From the human T2T-CHM13v2.0 reference genome, Homo sapiens, in NCBI RefSeq assembly GCF_009914755.1, contig NC_060933.1: DNA of 64,000 nt; one strand, 5' to 3'. Shown here one piece after another: positions 28,900 to 43,070 of the stretch. Every line of letters starts with the position of its first letter. The first letter of the stretch is position 1. The notes beneath the pieces were generated by a model. That model made no database searches and was not told the DNA's origin. It saw only the letters and a program-made list of their open reading frames with translations. A program made the position numbers and the translations under genes.

Positions 28900-31800
28900 G
28901 CGTTGATTCCATTCCATTCCATTCCATTCCATTGCGTTCCATTGCATTCCATTGCATTCCATTCCCCTGCACTCAGGTTGATTCCATTCCATTCCATTCC
29001 ATTCCATTCCATTCCATTCCATTCCATTCTATTCGAGTTAATTCGATTCCACTCCATTCCATTACATTCCATTGCAATGGACTTGATTCCATTCCATTCC
29101 ATTCCATTCCATTCAAGTCCTTTCCATTCCATTCCACTCGTGTTGATTCCATTTTATTAGTTTCCATTCCATTCCATTCCCTTCCATTCCACTCTGGTTG
29201 ATTCCATTCCTTTCCATTCCACTCGAATTCATTCCCTTCTATTCCACTCGGAATGATTCCATTCCATTCCGTTCCATTCCATTCCATTCCATTCCATTTC
29301 GTTCCATTCCATTTTATTCCGTACCATTCCATTCCATTCCATTACATTCCATTACATTTCATTCCATTCCATTCCATGCCATTCCACTCGGGTTGATTCC
29401 ATTGCTTTCCATTCCATTTGGGTTGAATCCATTCCATTCCATTCCATTCCATTCCATTCCATTCCATTCCATTAAATTCAATTGCACTAGGTTTGATTCC
29501 ATTCCACTGCATTCCATTCCATTCCATTCCATTCCATTCCATTCCATTCCATTCCCCTGCACTCGGGTTCATTCCATTCCATTCCATTTACTACCATTCC
29601 ATTCCATTCCATTCTATTACATTCTATTCGGATTAATTCCATTCCTTTCCATTCCATTCCATTCCATTCCATTCCATTCCATTCCATTGCAATCGAGTTG
29701 ATTCCATTCCATTCCATTCCATTCCGGATGATTCCATTCCATTGCCTTCAATTCCATTCCATTCCCCTACACTCGGGTTGATTCCATTCCATTCCATTCC
29801 ATTCCATTCCATTCCATTTCATTCCGTTCCATTTCGTTCCATTCCATTCTATTCCGTACCATTCCATTCCATTCCATTCCATTCCATTCCATTCCATTCC
29901 ATTCCATTCCATTCCATTCCATTCTATTCGGGTTAATTCCATTCCATTCCATTCCATTCCATTCCATTCCATTCCATTCCATTCCATTGCAATCGAGTTG
30001 ATTCCATTCCATTCCATTCAATTCCGGATGATTCCATTCCATTGCCTTCAATTCCATTCCATTCCCCTGCACTCGGGTTGATTCCATTCCATTCCATTCC
30101 ATTTCATTCCATTCCATTTCGTTCCATTCCATTATATTCCGTACCATTCCATTCCATTCCATTCCATTCCATACCATTCCGTTCCGTTCCATTCCATTCC
30201 ATTCCATTCCATTCCATTTCATTCCATTCCATTTCGTTCCATTCCATTTTATTCTGTACCATTCCATTCCATTCCATTCTATTCCATTCCATTCCATTGC
30301 ATTCCATTCCACTCCATTCCATGCCATTCCACTCGGGTTGATTCCTTTCCCTTCCATTCCATTCGAGTTGAATCCATTCCATTCCATTCCATTCCATTCC
30401 ATTCCATTGCACACGGGTTCATTCCATTCCATTCCATTCCATTCCATTCCATTCCATTCTATTCCATTCCATTTCGTTCCATTCCATTCTATTCTGTACC
30501 ATTCCATTCCATTCAATTCCACTCCATTCCATGCCATTCCACTCGGGTTTATTCCATTTCTTTTCATTCCATTCGGGTTGAATCCATTCCATTCCATTCC
30601 ATTCCATTCCTTTCGATTCCATTACATTGCACTCGGGATGATTCCATTCCATTCCATTCCATCCTATTCCATTCCATTCCATGACACTCCACTCGGGTTG
30701 ATTCCATTCCTTTCCATTCCATTCGAGTTGAACCCATTCCATTCCATTCCACTCCATTCCATTCCATTCCATTCCATTCCATTCCATTCCATTCCATTGC
30801 ATTGCACACGATTTCATTCCACTCCATTCCATTCCATTCCATTCCATTCCATTCCATTCCATTTCGCTCCATTCCATTCTATTCCGTACCATTCCATTCC
30901 ATTCCATTCCATTCCATTCCATTCCATGCCATTCTACTCGGGTTGATTCCATTCCTTTCCATTCCATTCGAGTTGAACCCATTCCATTCCATTCCATTCC
31001 ATTCCATTCCATTCCATTCCATTCCATTGCACACGTGTTCATTTCATTCCATTCCATTCCATTCCATTCCATTCCATTCCATTTCGTTCCATTCCATTCT
31101 ATTCCATACCATTCCATTCCATTCCATTCCATTAGACTCCATTCCATGCCATTCCACTCGGGTTTATTCCATTCCTTTCCATTCCATTCGGGTTGAATCC
31201 ATTCCATTCCATTCCATTCCATTCCATTCGATTCCATTACATTGCACTCGTGTTGTTTCCATTCCATTCCATTCCATTCCATTCCATTCCATTCCATTCC
31301 ATTCCATGCCATTCCACTCGGGTTGATTCCATTCCATTCCATTCCATTCGAGTCGAACCCATTCCATTCCATTCCATTCCATTCCATTCCATTCCATTCC
31401 ATTGCACACGGTTTCATTCCATTCCATTCCATTCCATTCTATTCCATTTCGTTCCATTCCATTCTATTCCGTACCATTCCATTCCATTCCATTCCATTCC
31501 ACTCCATTTCATTCCATTCCATGCCATTCCACTCGGGTTTATTACATTCCTTTCCATTCCATTCGGTTTGAATCCATTCCTTTCCATTCCATTCCGTTCA
31601 ATTCCATTCCATTGCACTCGGGTTGATTTCATTCCATTCCATGCCATTCCATTTCATTCCGTTCCATTCCATTCCATTACATTCGGATTGATTCTTTTCA
31701 ATTCCCTTACACTCCATTACATTCCATTCCATTCGGGTAGTTTCCATTCCATTCGATTCCATTACACTGCATTGCATTGCACTCGGGTTGATTGATTCCA

Positions 31801-34800
31801 TTCCATTGCATTCCATTCCATTCAATTCCATTCCGGATGATTCCATTCCATTGCATTCCATTCCATTCCATTCCCCTGCACTCTGGTTGATTCCATTCCA
31901 TTCCATTCCATTCCATTCCGTTCCGTTCCATTCCATTCCATTCCATTCCATTCCATTCCATTCCATTCTGTTCAGGTTAATTCCATTCCATTCCATTCCC
32001 TTCCATTCCATTCCATTCCATTCCATTCCATTCCATTCCATTCCATTGCAATCTAGTTGATTCCATTGCATTCCATTCCATTCCATTCCATTGCATTCCA
32101 TTGCATTCCATTCCCCTGCACTCAGGTTGATTCCATTCCATTCCATTCCATTCCATTCCATTCCATTCTATTCGGGTTAATTCCATTCCATTCCATTCCC
32201 TTACATTCCATCGCAATCGAGTTGATTCCATTCCATTCCATTCCATTCCATTCCATTCCATTCCATTCCATTCAAGTCCTTTCCATTCCATTCCACTCGT
32301 TTTGATTCCATTTTATTAGTTTCCATTCCATTCCATTCCCTTCCATTCCACTCTGGTTGATTCCATTCCTTTCCATTCCACTCGAATTCATTCCCTTCTA
32401 TTCCACTCGGAATGATTGCATTCCATTCCATTCCATTCCATTCCATTCCATTCCATTTCGTTCCATTGCATTCTATTCCGTACCATTCCATTCCATTCCA
32501 TTCCATGCCATTCCACTCGGGTTGATTCCATGGCTTTCCATTCCATTTGGGTTGAATCCATTCCATTCCATTCCATTCCATTCCATTCCATTCTATTCCA
32601 TTGCACTAGGTTTGATTCCATTCCACTGCATTCCATTCCATTCCATTCCGTTCCATTCCATTCCATTCCATTACATTCGGATTGATTGTATTCAATTCCC
32701 TTACACTCCATTTCATTCCATTCCATTCAGGTTGTTTCCATTCCATTCCAATCCATTCCACTCCATTCCATTGCACTCGGGTTGATTGCATTCCATTCCA
32801 TTGCATTCTATTCCATTTCCTTCCATTCCATTCTATTCGGTACCATTCCATTCCATTCCATTCCAATCCATTCCATTCCATGCCATTCCACTTGGGTTGA
32901 TTCCCTTCCTTTCCATTCCATTCTGGTTGAATCCATTCCATTCCATTCCATTCCATTCCATTCCTTTCCATTCCATTGCACACGGGTTGGTTCCATTCCG
33001 TTCCTCTCCGTTCCATTCCGGATGACTCCATTCCATTGCATTCCATTCCATTCCATTCCATTGCCCTGCACTCGGGTTCATTGCCTTCCATTCCATTTAC
33101 TTCCATTCCATTCCATTCCATTCTATTCGGGTTAATTCCATTCCATTCCATTCCATTCCATTCCATTCCATTCCATTCCATTCCATTCCATTGCAATCGA
33201 GTTGATTCCATTCCATTCCATTCAATTCCGGATGATTCCATTCCATTGCCTTCAATTCCATTCCATTCCCCTGCACTCGGGTTGATTCCATTCCATTCCA
33301 TTCCATTCCATTCCATTTCATTCCATTCCATTTCGTTCCTTTCCATTCTATTCCGTACCATTCCATTCCATTCCATTCCATTCAATTCCATTCCATGCCA
33401 TTCCACTCGGGTTGATTCCATTCCTTTCCATTCCATTGGAGTTCAATCCATTCCAATCCATTCCATTCCATTCGATTCCATTCTATTGCACACGGGTTCA
33501 TTCCATTCCATTCCATTCCATTCCATTCCATTCCATTCCATTTCCTTCCATTCCATTCTATTCCGTACCATTCCATTCCATTCCATTCCATTCCATTCCA
33601 TTCCATTCCACTCCATTCCATGCCATTCCACTCGGGTTTATTCCATTCCTTTCCATTCCATTCTGGTTGAATCCATTCCATTCCATTCCATTCCATTCGA
33701 TTCCATTACATTGCACTCGGGTTGATTCCATTCCATTCCATTCCTTTACATTTCATTCCATTCCACTCCATTCCATGCCATTCCACGCGGGTTTATTCCA
33801 TTCCTTTCCATTACATTCGTGTTGAATCCATTCCATTCCATTCCATTCCATTCGATTCCATTACACTGCACTCGGGTTGATTCCATTCCATTCCATTACA
33901 TTTCATTTCATTCCATTCCATTCCATTCCATTCCATTCCATTCCATTCCATTCCATTCCATGCCATTCCACTCGTGTTGATTCCATTCCTTTCCATTCCA
34001 TTCGAGTTGAACCCATTCCATTCCATTCCATTCCATTCCATTCCATTCCATTGCACACGGGTTCATTCCATTCCATTCCATTCCATTCCGTTCCATTCCA
34101 TTCCGTTCCATTCCATTCCATTCCATTCTGTTCAGGTTAATTCCATTCTATTCCTTTCCCTTCCATTCCATTCCATTCCATCCCATTGCAGTCGAGTTGA
34201 TTCCATTGCATTCCATTCCATTACATTCCATTGCATTCCATTCCATTCCATTCCCCTGCACTCAGGTTGATTCCATTCGATTCCATTCCATTCCATTCCA
34301 TTCCGTTCCTTTCCATTCCATTCCATTCTATTCGCGTTAATTGCATTCCATTCCATTCCATTACATTCCATTGCAATCGAGTTGATTCCATTCCATTCCG
34401 TTCCATTCCATTCCATCCCATTCCATTTCGGTCCATTCCGTTCTATTCCGTTCCATTCCATTCCATTCCATTCCATTCCATTCCTTTCCATGCCATTCCA
34501 CTCGGGTTGATTCCATTGCTTTCCATTCCATTTGGATTGAATCCATTCCATTCCATTCCATTCCATTCCATTCCATGCCATTCCATTGCACTAGGTTTGA
34601 TTCCATTCCACTGCATTCCATTCCATTCCATTCCATTCCGTTCCATTCCATTCCATTCCATTCGGATTGATTGTATTCAATTCCCTTACACTCCATTTCA
34701 TTCCATTCCATTCGGGTTGTTTCCATTCCATTCCATTCCATTCCACTCCATTCCATTGCACTCGGGTTGATTCCATTCCATTCCATTCCATTCTATTCCA

Positions 34801-36200
34801 TTTGGTTCCATTCCATTCTATTCGGTACCATTCCATTCCATTCCATTCCATTCCATTCCATTTCATGCCATTCCACTTGGGTTGATTCCCTTCCTTTCCA
34901 TTCCATTCGGGTTGAATCCATTCCATTCCATTCCATTCCATTCCATTCCATTCCATTCCTTTCCATTCCATTGCACACGGGTTGATTCCATTCCATTCCT
35001 TTCTGTTCCATTCCGGATGACTCCATTCCATTGCATTCCATTCCATTCCATTCCCCTGCACTCGGGTTCATTACATTCCATTCCATTTACTTCCATTCCA
35101 TTCCATTCCATCCCATTCCATTCTATTCGTGTTAATTCCATTCCATTCCATTCCATTCCATTCCATTCCATTGCATTCCATTGCAATCGAGTTGATTCCA
35201 TTCCATTCCATTCAATTCCGGATGATTCCATTCCATTGCCTTCAATTCCATTCCATTCCCCTGCAGTCGGGTTGATTCCATTCCATTCCATTCCATTCCA
35301 CTCCATTTCATTCCATTCCATTTGGTTCCATTCCATTCTATTCCGTACCATTCCATTCCATTCCATTCCATTCCATTCCATTCCATTCCATTCCATTCTA
35401 TTCGGGTTAATTCCATTCCATTCCATTCCATTCCATTCCATTCCATTCCATTCCATTCCATTCCATTCCATTGCAATCGAGTTGATTCCATTCCATTCCA
35501 TTCAATTCCGGATGATTCCATTCCATTGCCTTCAATTCCATTCCATTCCCCTGCACTCGGGTTGATTTCATTCCATTCCATTCCATTCCATTCCATTCCA
35601 TTCCATTTCTTTCCATTCCATTTCGTTCCATTCCATTCTATTCCGTACCATTCCATTCCACTCCATTCCATTCCTTTCCATTCCATTCCATTCCATGTCA
35701 TTCCACTCGCGTTGATTCCATTCCCTTCCATTCCATTAGAGTTGAATCCATTCCATTCCATTCCATTCCATTCGATTCCATTCCATTGCACACGGGTTCA
35801 TTCCATTCCATTCCTTTCTGTTCCATTCCGGATGACTCCATTCCATTGCATTCCATTCCATTCCATTCCCCTGCACTCGGGTTCATTACATTCCATTCCA
35901 TTTACTTCCATTCCATTCCATTCCATTGCATTCCATTCTATTCGGGTTAATTCCATTCCATTCCATTCCATTCCATTCCATTCCATTCCATTGCATTCCA
36001 TTGCAATCGAGTTGATTCCATTCCATTCCATTCAATTCCGGATGATTCCATTCCATTGCATTCAATTCCATTCCATTCCCCTGCAGTCGGGTTGATTCCA
36101 TTCCATTCCATTCCATTCCATTTCATTCCATTCCATTTCGTTCCATTCCATTCTATTCCGTACCATTCCATTCCATTCCATTCCATTCCATTCCATTCCA
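28900..36200 (+). repeat. HSat3 variant domain 'dialect 2' (also ~43.1-45.3 kb, ~49.1-59.3 kb and the inverted arm)
   Basis: Contains GCACTAGGTTTG, CCATTTGGGTTGAATCC, GCACACGGGTTC, GCACTCAGGTTG, TTCTGTTCAGGTTAA and TCGGGTTGTTTCC. Lacks CCGGAAGA and TCTTTCCATTCCATTCAAGTTG, which mark the flanking domains. Confidence 0.75.
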
Positions 36201-36869
36201 TTCTATTCGGGTTAATTCCATTCCATTCCATTCCATTCCATTCCATTCCATTCAATTCCATTCCATTGCAATCGAGTTGATTCCATTCCATTCCATTCAA
36301 TTCCGGATGATTCCATTCCATTGCATTCCATTCCATTCCATTCCCCTGTACTCGGGTTCATTCCATTCCATTCCATTCCAATCCATGCCATTCCACTCGT
36401 GTTGATTCCATTCTTTCCATTCCATTCAAGTTGAATTCATTCCATTGCATTCCATTCCATTCCATTCCCCTGCAGTCGGGTTGATTCCATTCCATTCCAT
36501 TCCATTCCATTCCATTCCATTCCATTCCGTTCCGTTCCGTTCCATTCCATTCCATTCTATTTGGGTTAATTCCATTCCATTCCATTCCATTCCATTCCAT
36601 TCCATTCCAATCGAGTTGATTCCATTCCATTCCATTCCATTCCATTCCATTCCATTCCATTCCACTCCATTCCAGTCCTTTCCATTCCATTCCACTCGGG
36701 TTGATTCCAATGTATTCCTTTCCATTCCATTCCATTCCATTGCAATCGAGTTGATTCCATTGCTTTGCATTCCATTCCATTCCATTCCATTCCGGATGAT
36801 TCCATTCCATTGCATTCCATTCCATTCCATTCCCCTGCACTCGGGTTGATTCCATTCCATTCAACTCCA

Positions 36870-39800
36870 TTCCGTTCCATTCCATTCCATTCCATTGTAT
36901 TCGGGTTAGTTCTATTCCATTCCATTCCATTCCATTCCAATCGAGTTGATTCCATTCCATTCCATTCCATTCCATTCCAGTCCTTTCCATTCCATTCCAC
37001 TCGGGTTGATTCCATTCTATTAGTTTCCATTCCATTCCATTCCCTTCCATTCCACTCTGGTTGATTCCATTCCTTTCCATTCCACTCGAATACATTCCCT
37101 CCTATTCCACTCGGAACGATTCCATTCCATTCCATTCCATTCCATTCCATTCCATTCCATTCCATTCCATTTCGTTCCATTCCATTCTATTCCGTATCAT
37201 TCCATTCCATTCCATTCCATTCCATTCCATTCCATTCCACTCGTGTTGATTCCATTCCTTTCCATTCCATTCGGTTTGAAGGCATTCCATTCCATTCCAT
37301 TCCATTCCATTCCATTCCATTCCATTCCATTCCATTCCATTCCATTGTACTCGGGTTGATTCCATTCCATTGCATTCCATTCCATTCCATTCTATTCCTT
37401 TCCATTCCATTCCATTCCATTCCGTTGCATTCCATTCCATTACATTCGGATTGATTCTATTCAACTCCCTTACTCTCCATTACATTCCATTCCATTCGGG
37501 TTGTTCCATTCCATTCCATTCCATTCCACTCCATTCCATTGCACTCGGGATGATTCCATTCTATTCCATTCCATTCCATTCCATTCCATTCCGGATGATT
37601 CAATTCCATTGCATTCCGTTCCATTACATTCCCCTGCACTCGCGTTGATTCCATTCCATTCCATTCAATTCCATTCCATTACAATTCGTTACATTCCATT
37701 CTATTCCGTACCATTCCATTCCATTCTATACCATTCCATTCCATTCCATTCCATTCCATTCCGTTCCATTCCATACCATTGCATTCCATTCCATTCTATT
37801 CGGGTTAATTCCATTCCATTCCATTCCATTCCATTCTATTCCATTCCATTGCAATCGAGTAGAATCCATTGCATTTCATTCCATTCCATTCCATTCCCCT
37901 GCACTAGCGTTGATTCCATTCCATTCCATTCCATTCCATTCCATTCCATTCCATTCCGGAAGATTCCATTCCATTGCATTCCATTACATTCCATTCCCCT
38001 GCACTCGCGTTGATTCCATTCCATTCCATTCCATTCCATTCCATTCCATTCCATTCCATTCCGTTCCATTCCATTCCTTTCCGTTCCATTCCATTCCATT
38101 CCATTCCATTCCATTCCGTTCCGTTTCGTTCCGTTCCGTTCTGTTCCATTCCATTCCATTCCATTCTATTCGGGTTAATTCCATTCCATTCCATTCGATT
38201 GCAATCGAGTTGATTCCATTCCATTCCATTCCATTCCATTCCATTCCATTCCATTGCATTCCGGAAGATTCCATTCCATTGCATTCCATTCCATTCCATT
38301 CCCCTGCACTCGCGTTGTTTCCATTCCATTCCATTCCATTCCATTCTATTCCATTCCGTTCCGTTCCGTTCTATTCCATTCCATTCCATTCCATTCCGTT
38401 CCGTTCCGTTCCATTCCATTGCATTCCATTCTATTCGGGTTAATTCCATTCCATTCCATTCGATTGCAATCGTGTTGATTCCATTCCATTCCATTCCATT
38501 CCATTCCATTCCTTTCCATTCCATTACGGATGATTCCATTCCATTGCATTCCATTCCATTCCATTTCCCTGTACTCGGGTTGATTCTATTCCATTCCATT
38601 CCAATCCATGCCCTTCCACTCGTGTTGATTCCATTCTTTCCATTCCATTCAAGTTGAATCCATTCCATTGCATTCCATTCCATTCGATTCCATTCGATTG
38701 CACTCGGGTTGATTCCATTCCATTGCATTCCATTCCATTCCATTCCATTCCGTTCCATTCCATTCCATTACATTCGGATTGATTCTATTCAATTCCCTTA
38801 CTCTCCATTACATTCCATTCCATTCGGGTAGTTTCCATTCCATTCCATTCCATTCCTCTCCATTCCATTGCACTCGGGTTGATTCCATTCCATTGCATTC
38901 CATTCCATTCCATTCAATTCCATTCCGTTCCATTCCATTCCATTACATTCGGATTGATTCTATTCAACTCCCTTACTCTCTATTACATTCCATTCCATTC
39001 GGGCTATTCCATTCCATTCTATTCCATTCCACTCCATTCCATTGCATTCGGGTTTATTCCATTCCATTCCATCCCATTCCATTCCATTCCATTCCATTCC
39101 GGAAGATTCCATTCCATTGCATTCCATTCCATTCCATTCCCCTGCACTCGCGTTGATTCCATTCCATTCCATTCCATTCCATTCCATTCCATTCCATTCC
39201 ATTCCATTCCTTTCCGTTCCATTCCATTCCATTCCATTCCATTCCGTTCCGTTCCGTTCCATTCCATTCCATTCCTTTCTATTCGGGTTAATTCCATTCC
39301 ATTCCATTCGATTGCAATCGAGTTGATTCCATTCCATTCCATTCCATTCCATTCCATTCCATTCCTTTCCATTCCATTACGGATGATTCCATTCCATTGC
39401 ATTCCATTCCATTCCATTCCCCTGTACTCGGGTTCATTCCATTCCATTCCATTCCAATCCATGCCATTCCACTCGTGTTGATTCCATTCTTTCCATTTCA
39501 TTCAAGTTGAATCCATTCCATTGCATTCCATTCCATACCATTCCCCTGCAGTCGGGTTGATTCCATTCCATTCCATTCCATTCCATTCCATTCCATTCCG
39601 TTCCGTTCCGTTCCATTCCATTCCATTCCATTCCATTCCATTTTATTCGGGTTAATTCCATTCCATTCCATTACATTACATTCCATTCCAATCGAGTTGA
39701 TTCCATTCCATTCCATTCCATTCCATTCCATTCCATTCCATTCCACTCCATTCCAGTCCTTTCCATTGCATTCCACTCGGGTTGATTCCAATGTTTTCCT

Positions 39801-42800
39801 TTCCATTCCATTCCATTCCATTGCAATCCAGTTGATTCCATTGCTTTGCATTCCATTCCATTCCATTCCATTCCGGATGATTCCATTCCATTGCATTCGA
39901 TTCCATTCCATTCCCCTGCACTCGGGTTGATTCCATTCCATTCCACTCCATTCCGTTCCATTCCATTCCATTCCATTGTATTCGGGTTAGTTCTATTCCA
40001 TTCCATTCCATTCCATTCCAATCGAGTTGATTCCATTCCATTCCATTCCATTCCATTCCAGTCCTTTCCATTCCATTCCACTCGGGTTGATTCCATTCTA
40101 TTAGTTTCCATTCCATTCCATTCCCTTCCATTCCACTCTGGTTGATTCCATTCCTTTCCATTCCACTCGAATACATTCCCTCCTATTCCACTCGGAACGA
40201 TTCCATTCCATTCCATTCCATTCCATTCCATTCCATTCCATTCCATTCCATTTCGTTCCATTCCATTCTATTCCGTATCATTCCATTCCATTCCATTCCA
40301 TTCCATTCCATTCCATTCCATTCCACTCGTGTTGATTCCATTCCTTTCCATTCCATTCGGTTTGAAGGCATTCCATTCCATTCCATTCCATTCCATTCCA
40401 TTCCATTCCATTCCATTCCATTCCATTGTACTCGGGTTGATTCCATTCCATTGCATTCCATTCCATTCCATTCTATTCCTTTCCATTCCATTCCATTCCA
40501 TTCCGTTGCATTCCATTCCATTACATTCGGATTGATTCTATTCAACTCCCTTACTCTCCATTACATTCCATTCCATTCGGGTTGTTCCATTCCATTCCAT
40601 TCCATTCCACTCCATTCCATTGCACTCGGGATGATTCCATTCTATTCCATTCCATTCCATTCCATTCCATTCCGGATGATTCAATTCCATTGCATTCCGT
40701 TCCATTACATTCCCCTGCACTCGCGTTGATTCCATTCCATTCCATTCAATTCCATTCCATTACAATTCGTTACATTCCATTCTATTCCGTACCATTCCAT
40801 TCCATTCTATACCATTCCATTCCATTCCATTCCATTCCATTCCGTTCCATTCCATACCATTGCATTCCATTCCATTCTATTCGGGTTAATTCCATTCCAT
40901 TCCATTCCATTCCATTCTATTCCATTCCATTGCAATCGAGTAGAATCCATTGCATTTCATTCCATTCCATTCCATTCCCCTGCACTAGCGTTGATTCCAT
41001 TCCATTCCATTCCATTCCATTCCATTCCATTCCATTCCATTCCATTCCGGAAGATTCCATTCCATTGCATTCCATTACATTCCATTCCCCTGCACTCGCG
41101 TTGATTCCATTCCATTCCATTCCATTCCATTCCATTCCATTCCATTCCGTTCCATTCCATTCCTTTCCGTTCCATTCCATTCCATTCCATTCCATTCCAT
41201 TCCGTTCCATTTCGTTCCGTTCCGTTCTGTTCCATTCCATTCCATTCCATTCTATTCGGGTTAATTCCATTCCATTCCATTCGATTGCAATCGAGTTGAT
41301 TCCATTCCATTCCATTCCATTCCATTCCATTCCATTCCATTGCATTCCGGAAGATTCCATTCCATTGCATTCCATTCCATTCCATTCCCCTGCACTCGCG
41401 TTGTTTCCATTCCATTCCATTCCATTCCATTCTATTCCATTCCGTTCCGTTCCGTTCTATTCCATTCCATTCCATTCCATTCCGTTCCGTTCCGTTCCAT
41501 TCCATTGCATTCCATTCTATTCGGGTTAATTCCATTCCATTCCATTCGATTGCAATCGTGTTGATTCCATTCCATTCCATTCCATTCCATTCCATTCCTT
41601 TCCATTCCATTACGGATGATTCCATTCCATTGCATTCCATTCCATTCCATTTCCCTGTACTCGGGTTGATTCTATTCCATTCCATTCCAATCCATGCCCT
41701 TCCACTCGTGTTGATTCCATTCTTTCCATTCCATTCAAGTTGAATCCATTCCATTGCATTCCATTCCATTCGATTCCATTCGATTGCACTCGGGTTGATT
41801 CCATTCCATTGCATTCCATTCCATTCCATTCCATTCCGTTCCATTCCATTCCATTACATTCGGATTGATTCTATTCAATTCCCTTACTCTCCATTACATT
41901 CCATTCCATTCGGGTAGTTTCCATTCCATTCCATTCCATTCCTCTCCATTCCATTGCACTCGGGTTGATTCCATTCCATTGCATTCCATTCCATTCCATT
42001 CAATTCCATTCCGTTCCATTCCATTCCATTACATTCGGATTGATTCTATTCAACTCCCTTACTCTCTATTACATTCCATTCCATTCGGGCTATTCCATTC
42101 CATTCTATTCCATTCCACTCCATTCCATTGCATTCGGGTTTATTCCATTCCATTCCATCCCATTCCATTCCATTCCATTCCATTCCGGAAGATTCCATTC
42201 CATTGCATTCCATTCCATTCCATTCCCCTGCACTCGCGTTGATTCCATTCCATTCCATTCCATTCCATTCCATTCCATTCCATTCCATTCCTTTCCGTTC
42301 CATTCCATTCCATTCCATTCCATTCCGTTCCGTTCCGTTCCATTCCATTCCATTCCTTTCTATTCGGGTTAATTCCATTCCATTCCATTCGATTGCAATC
42401 GAGTTGATTCCATTCCATTCCATTCCATTCCATTCCATTCCATTCCTTTCCATTCCATTACGGATGATTCCATTCCATTGCATTCCATTCCATTCCATTC
42501 CCCTGTACTCGGGTTCATTCCATTCCATTCCATTCCAATCCATGCCATTCCACTCGTGTTGATTCCATTCTTTCCATTTCATTCAAGTTGAATCCATTCC
42601 ATTGCATTCCATTCCATACCATTCCCCTGCAGTCGGGTTGATTCCATTCCATTCCATTCCATTCCATTCCATTCCATTCCATTCCGTTCCGTTCCATTCC
42701 ATTCCATTCCATTCCATTCCATTTTATTCGGGTTAATTCCATTCCATTCCATTCCATTACATTCCATTCCAATCGAGTTGATTCCATTCCATTCCATTCC

Positions 42801-43070
42801 ATTCCATTCCATTCCATTCCATTCCACTCCATTCCAGTCCTTTCCATTGCATTCCACTCGGGTTGATTCCAATGTTTTCCTTTCCATTCCATTCCATTCC
42901 ATTGCAATCCAGTTGATTCCATTGCTTTGCATTCCATTCCATTCCATTCCATTCCGGATGATTCCATTCCATTGCATTCGATTCCATTCCATTCCCCTGC
43001 ACTCGGGTTGATTCCATTCCATTCCACTCCATTCCGTTCCATTCCATTCCATTCCATTGTATTCGGGTTA
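36870..43070 (+). repeat. ~3081-3086-bp tandem duplication (2 copies)
   Basis: ORF offsets 37457/40538, 38254/41340, 38779/41865 and 39434/42515. Shared private variants GCACTAGCGTTG, CGAGTAGAATCC, CGGGCTATTCC and CCATGCCCTTCC. Confidence 0.92.
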
